From NCBI RefSeq assembly GCF_009914755.1, contig NC_060926.1: 64,000 nt of DNA. The stretch is one strand, 5' to 3'. Both the position numbers and the translations under genes were made by a program. Below the pieces are notes generated by a model, which saw only the letters and a list, made by a program, of their open reading frames with translations, made no database searches and was not told the DNA's origin. The stretch comes from the human T2T-CHM13v2.0 reference genome, Homo sapiens. Of this stretch, positions 60,710 to 64,000 are shown piece by piece. The first letter of the stretch is position 1, and each line of letters starts with the position of its first letter.

Positions 60710-60949
60710 CTGATATTAAAAAAAAAAAAAGATTCTGATTTGTCATTGGAGACAGCTTTCATTTTAAGTTGCTCCCCAGGTAACAATAACAACTATGGTG
60801 CTGGTGTTCTTACAAATTTCTGTAAAATAATGTAATCTTTTGAGTGTCTCATTTCCTTTGAAAGTATTAACTTTCCTCTGCCATGATATCTTATCTCCAG
60901 TATATAAATCTCTATTTTAAACCATGGAGTTACTAATTATATATATATA

Positions 60950-61241
60950 TTTGAGACAGTCTCACTCTGTCGCTCAGGCTAAAGTGCAGTGGCATGATCT
61001 CGGCTCACTGCAACCTCCACCTCCCGGGTTGAAGCGATTCTCATGCTGCATGCAGCACCCCCAACACCCCCCCAAGTAGTACCTGGGATTACAGGCATGT
61101 ACCACCATTTTTGTATTTTTTGTGGGGATGGGGTTTTGTGATGTTGGTCAGGCTGGTCTTGAACTCCTGGCCTCAAACTATCCTCCCACCTCAGTCTCCC
61201 AAAGTGCTGGAATTATAGGCATGAGCCACTGGCGTTTGGCC
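60950..61241 (-). mobile_element. Alu (diverged)
   Basis: Reverse Alu with (AT)n tail. Confidence 0.88.
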
Positions 61242-61827
61242 TTCTAATTACATAAACTTACACATATCTTTTTGAGTTAGATGTAGGCAAGCAGGACAAT
61301 TTGAAAGGTTGGGGAGTTTCTATTTTCCTTCCCCCACATTTGTAGGTGGAATCACTACTTAATAAGTAGTGATATTTTCATTGTCATTTCTGTGTCATCT
61401 GTATGTGACATACTCAAGGGTACACAGTAGTCACTGGAAGAGCCCCAGCCCTGAAGAACCATGACCCTGAGAACCAGTCTGTACTGTGGCCACTAGGCTG
61501 TGTTGCTCCCTAACCATGGCCTCCTCAAAAATGTGCACCAAAGGGACTGGTAGCAATTACACTTACTTTGTGCATTTCCATGGTATCCTAGAAATGCCTA
61601 TTCAAGTTGCAACATCTCCGACCAGCTCAGAGAAACAAGAGTGTGCATCTGGTTTTATAAATGGTAAAATAAACCACAAATAAGTTTTCTTTGGCTTGAT
61701 TCTATCTCATAACTAATGGTTGAATGGAAACCAGACAATACCATCCAAAGTATGGGCATTTCTTGATGTCTAGCTGTTTGGCCCCCTTTACTATATAAAC
61801 TCCCATGTATAAAAATTTCATGGGATG

Positions 61828-62396
61828 TTTTTCTTTTTTAAAGTAAATTTTATTGGATATGCTTGAGGTTTACAACATGGTGGTATGGGAGGGATACATG
61901 TAGATAGTAAAATGGTATTATAGTGAAGCAAATTAACATAACTATCATCTCAATAGTTACTTTTTTGTAATAAGAGCAGTAAAATCTACTGATTTAAGCA
62001 AAATCACTAATGCAATCTGATTTCACTAACTTTAGTCCTCTTGTTGTACATTAGCTCTCTAGACTTCATCCTGCACATGTGCTACTTTGCATCAGTTCAT
62101 TGACTTCTCCCTGTTTCCTCTCACCCCTGGTAACTGTTGGTGAGAATGTAGATTGCTACAAGCATTATGGGAAACAGTATGGAGGTTTCTAAGTAAATTA
62201 AAAATAGAACTAGCATATGACCCAGCAATTCCTCCTCTGGGTATATATTTGAAGGAGATAAAGTCGCCAGCTTATAAAGATATCTGCACTCCCATCATCA
62301 TTGTGGCATTATTCATACTAGCCAATATATGGAAACATTCTAAGTGTCCATTGAAAGAGGAATGGATAAAGAGAATGTTTAATATATTAATATAGG

Positions 62397-62434
<38 letters not shown>

Positions 62435-63256
62435 TAGCATTCTCTTATCTATTCCTCTGTCAATGGACACTTAGGACGTTTCCATATATGTGTGTGCGTG
62501 TGCGTGTGTATACATGTGTGAATACATATGTGTGTGTCTGTATGTATTGTATGTATATGTGTGTGAATATATATGTGTGTGCATGTATATATGAATATAT
62601 ATGAGTGTATGTATATATGTGTGTGAATATACATGCATGTATGTATATATGTGTGTGAATACATGTGTGTGTATAGCATTCTCTTTATTCATTCCTCTGT
62701 CAATGGACACTTAGGAGGTTTCAATGTATATGTGTGTTTGTCTGTGTGTGTATGTATATACGTGTGTGAATATATATGTGTTTGTATGTATATGTGTGTG
62801 AATATATGTGTGTATATATTTATGTGAATATATGTGTGTGCATGTATATATGTGTGAATATATATGTGTGTATGTATATGTGGTGTGAATATGTGTATGT
62901 ATGTGTGTGAATATATGTGTGTATGTGTGTGTGAATATATATGTGTATGTATGTGTGTGAATATATGTTTTTGTATGTGTGAATATATATGTGTGTATGT
63001 ATGTGTGTGAATATGTATGTGTGAATATATTTGTGTGTGACTACATATGTGTGTATGTATATATTAATGTGTGTGTGTGTAAAATGGAATATTATTCAGC
63101 CTTAAAAAGTAGGGATTCTGCCATTTGCCATGATATGGATGGACCTGGAGGACACTATGCTAAATGAAATAAGCCAGACGTGGAGAAAAAAATTGTAGGA
63201 TCTCATTTATATGTGGAATCTTAAAAAAATTAAATATGCAGAGATAATAAAACGGT
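61828..63256 (-). mobile_element. 5'-inverted L1 (L1MA-like) interrupted by a TG/TA-rich low-complexity array (62399-63080)
   Basis: 3' terminus on the minus strand (61828-62134) abuts an L1 3'-region segment in plus orientation (62135-63256). Confidence 0.75.
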
Positions 63257-64000
63257 ATTTGTTTTAAGATTATTTATATTGTGTAAAAGCAACCTCTGAA
63301 TCTGACTATTGAGAAAGGAAAGATCAGAAGTGCATTTGGTATTCACATCAGAAATTATTTCCTATGTTGATGGTACTCCAGATAGGAAGGTGAATGATCA
63401 GAGCTCTTTAGACTTAAGTATGCATAAAATTGCTATTCTGTGCACTCACATAGGTGTTAAGTGAGGGCTTCAAAATATGCTTACCCTCCCTTCATTTTCA
63501 GCAGGGAAAGTTAGAGCACAAAAGGAACATTGGCCTCACTGTTAAACTATGAAAAGCCTGAGATCAGAACCATGTTCTCCATTCCTGATAAGAAGTGTTT
63601 TTTATTGTGATAAAATAGACATAACATGGAAATTTATCATTGTAATCACTTTCAAGAGATGGTATTAGAAGCCTGCATTTAGGAAAGGTGAATCTTTAAT
63701 AAGCACATTAAGTAAGATTGCTGCCATTTCTCTCTTCCAAAGGAGGTTATCCTTTCTTCTTGTAGAGTCTTAGAGATAGTCAAGCCTATCACTGCTGCCT
63801 GCACTGATGTTAACTTGTTCTGCCTCTTTTGGTCAGGGTCAACTTTATGGGATGGCAGAGGAAGTAGCAGAAGACAGAGTTCTTTTAGGATCACTGGGAA
63901 ATTCTTGCTACCCCACCAAAAATATTCCTTTTCTCCTTAATACCATCTAACATGCTCTGAACAAGAAGCAGTCTCTCTCACCTTTTAATTTGATTGGCAA

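Noticed and set aside
62404-63167. Cys/Val/Tyr- or His/Thr-rich ORFs
   Set aside because: Artefacts of the TG/TA low-complexity array.

Overview
This is primate genomic DNA, most likely human: it carries young AluY-like elements, and the spliced protein matches human DOCK10 as I recall it. The window lies entirely inside DOCK10 (Zizimin3, a DOCK-D family Cdc42/Rac GEF) on the minus strand. I reconstructed 23 consecutive GT-AG coding exons totalling 2,620 nt. Intron phases are consistent and there is no internal stop. They are probably exons 5-27 (numbering from memory) and encode the PH domain, the C2/DHR-1 domain and the start of the armadillo-like region. The introns contain about 22 Alus, L1/L2 relics, MaLR and ERV1 solo LTRs, an ERVL gag-pro-pol relic, hAT DNA transposons and microsatellites. 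I see no CRISPR array, RNA gene or unknown multi-gene system. The best second-look items are small: (1) a CpG-rich intronic segment that reads as a possible in-frame or poison cassette exon in the DHR-1 region; (2) two local duplications of sequence next to DOCK10 3' splice sites, one inserted inside an LTR; (3) a 5'-inverted L1 whose microsatellite holds two fold-back copies of adjacent sequence; (4) several template-switch hairpins; (5) an orphan SATR-like satellite fragment.
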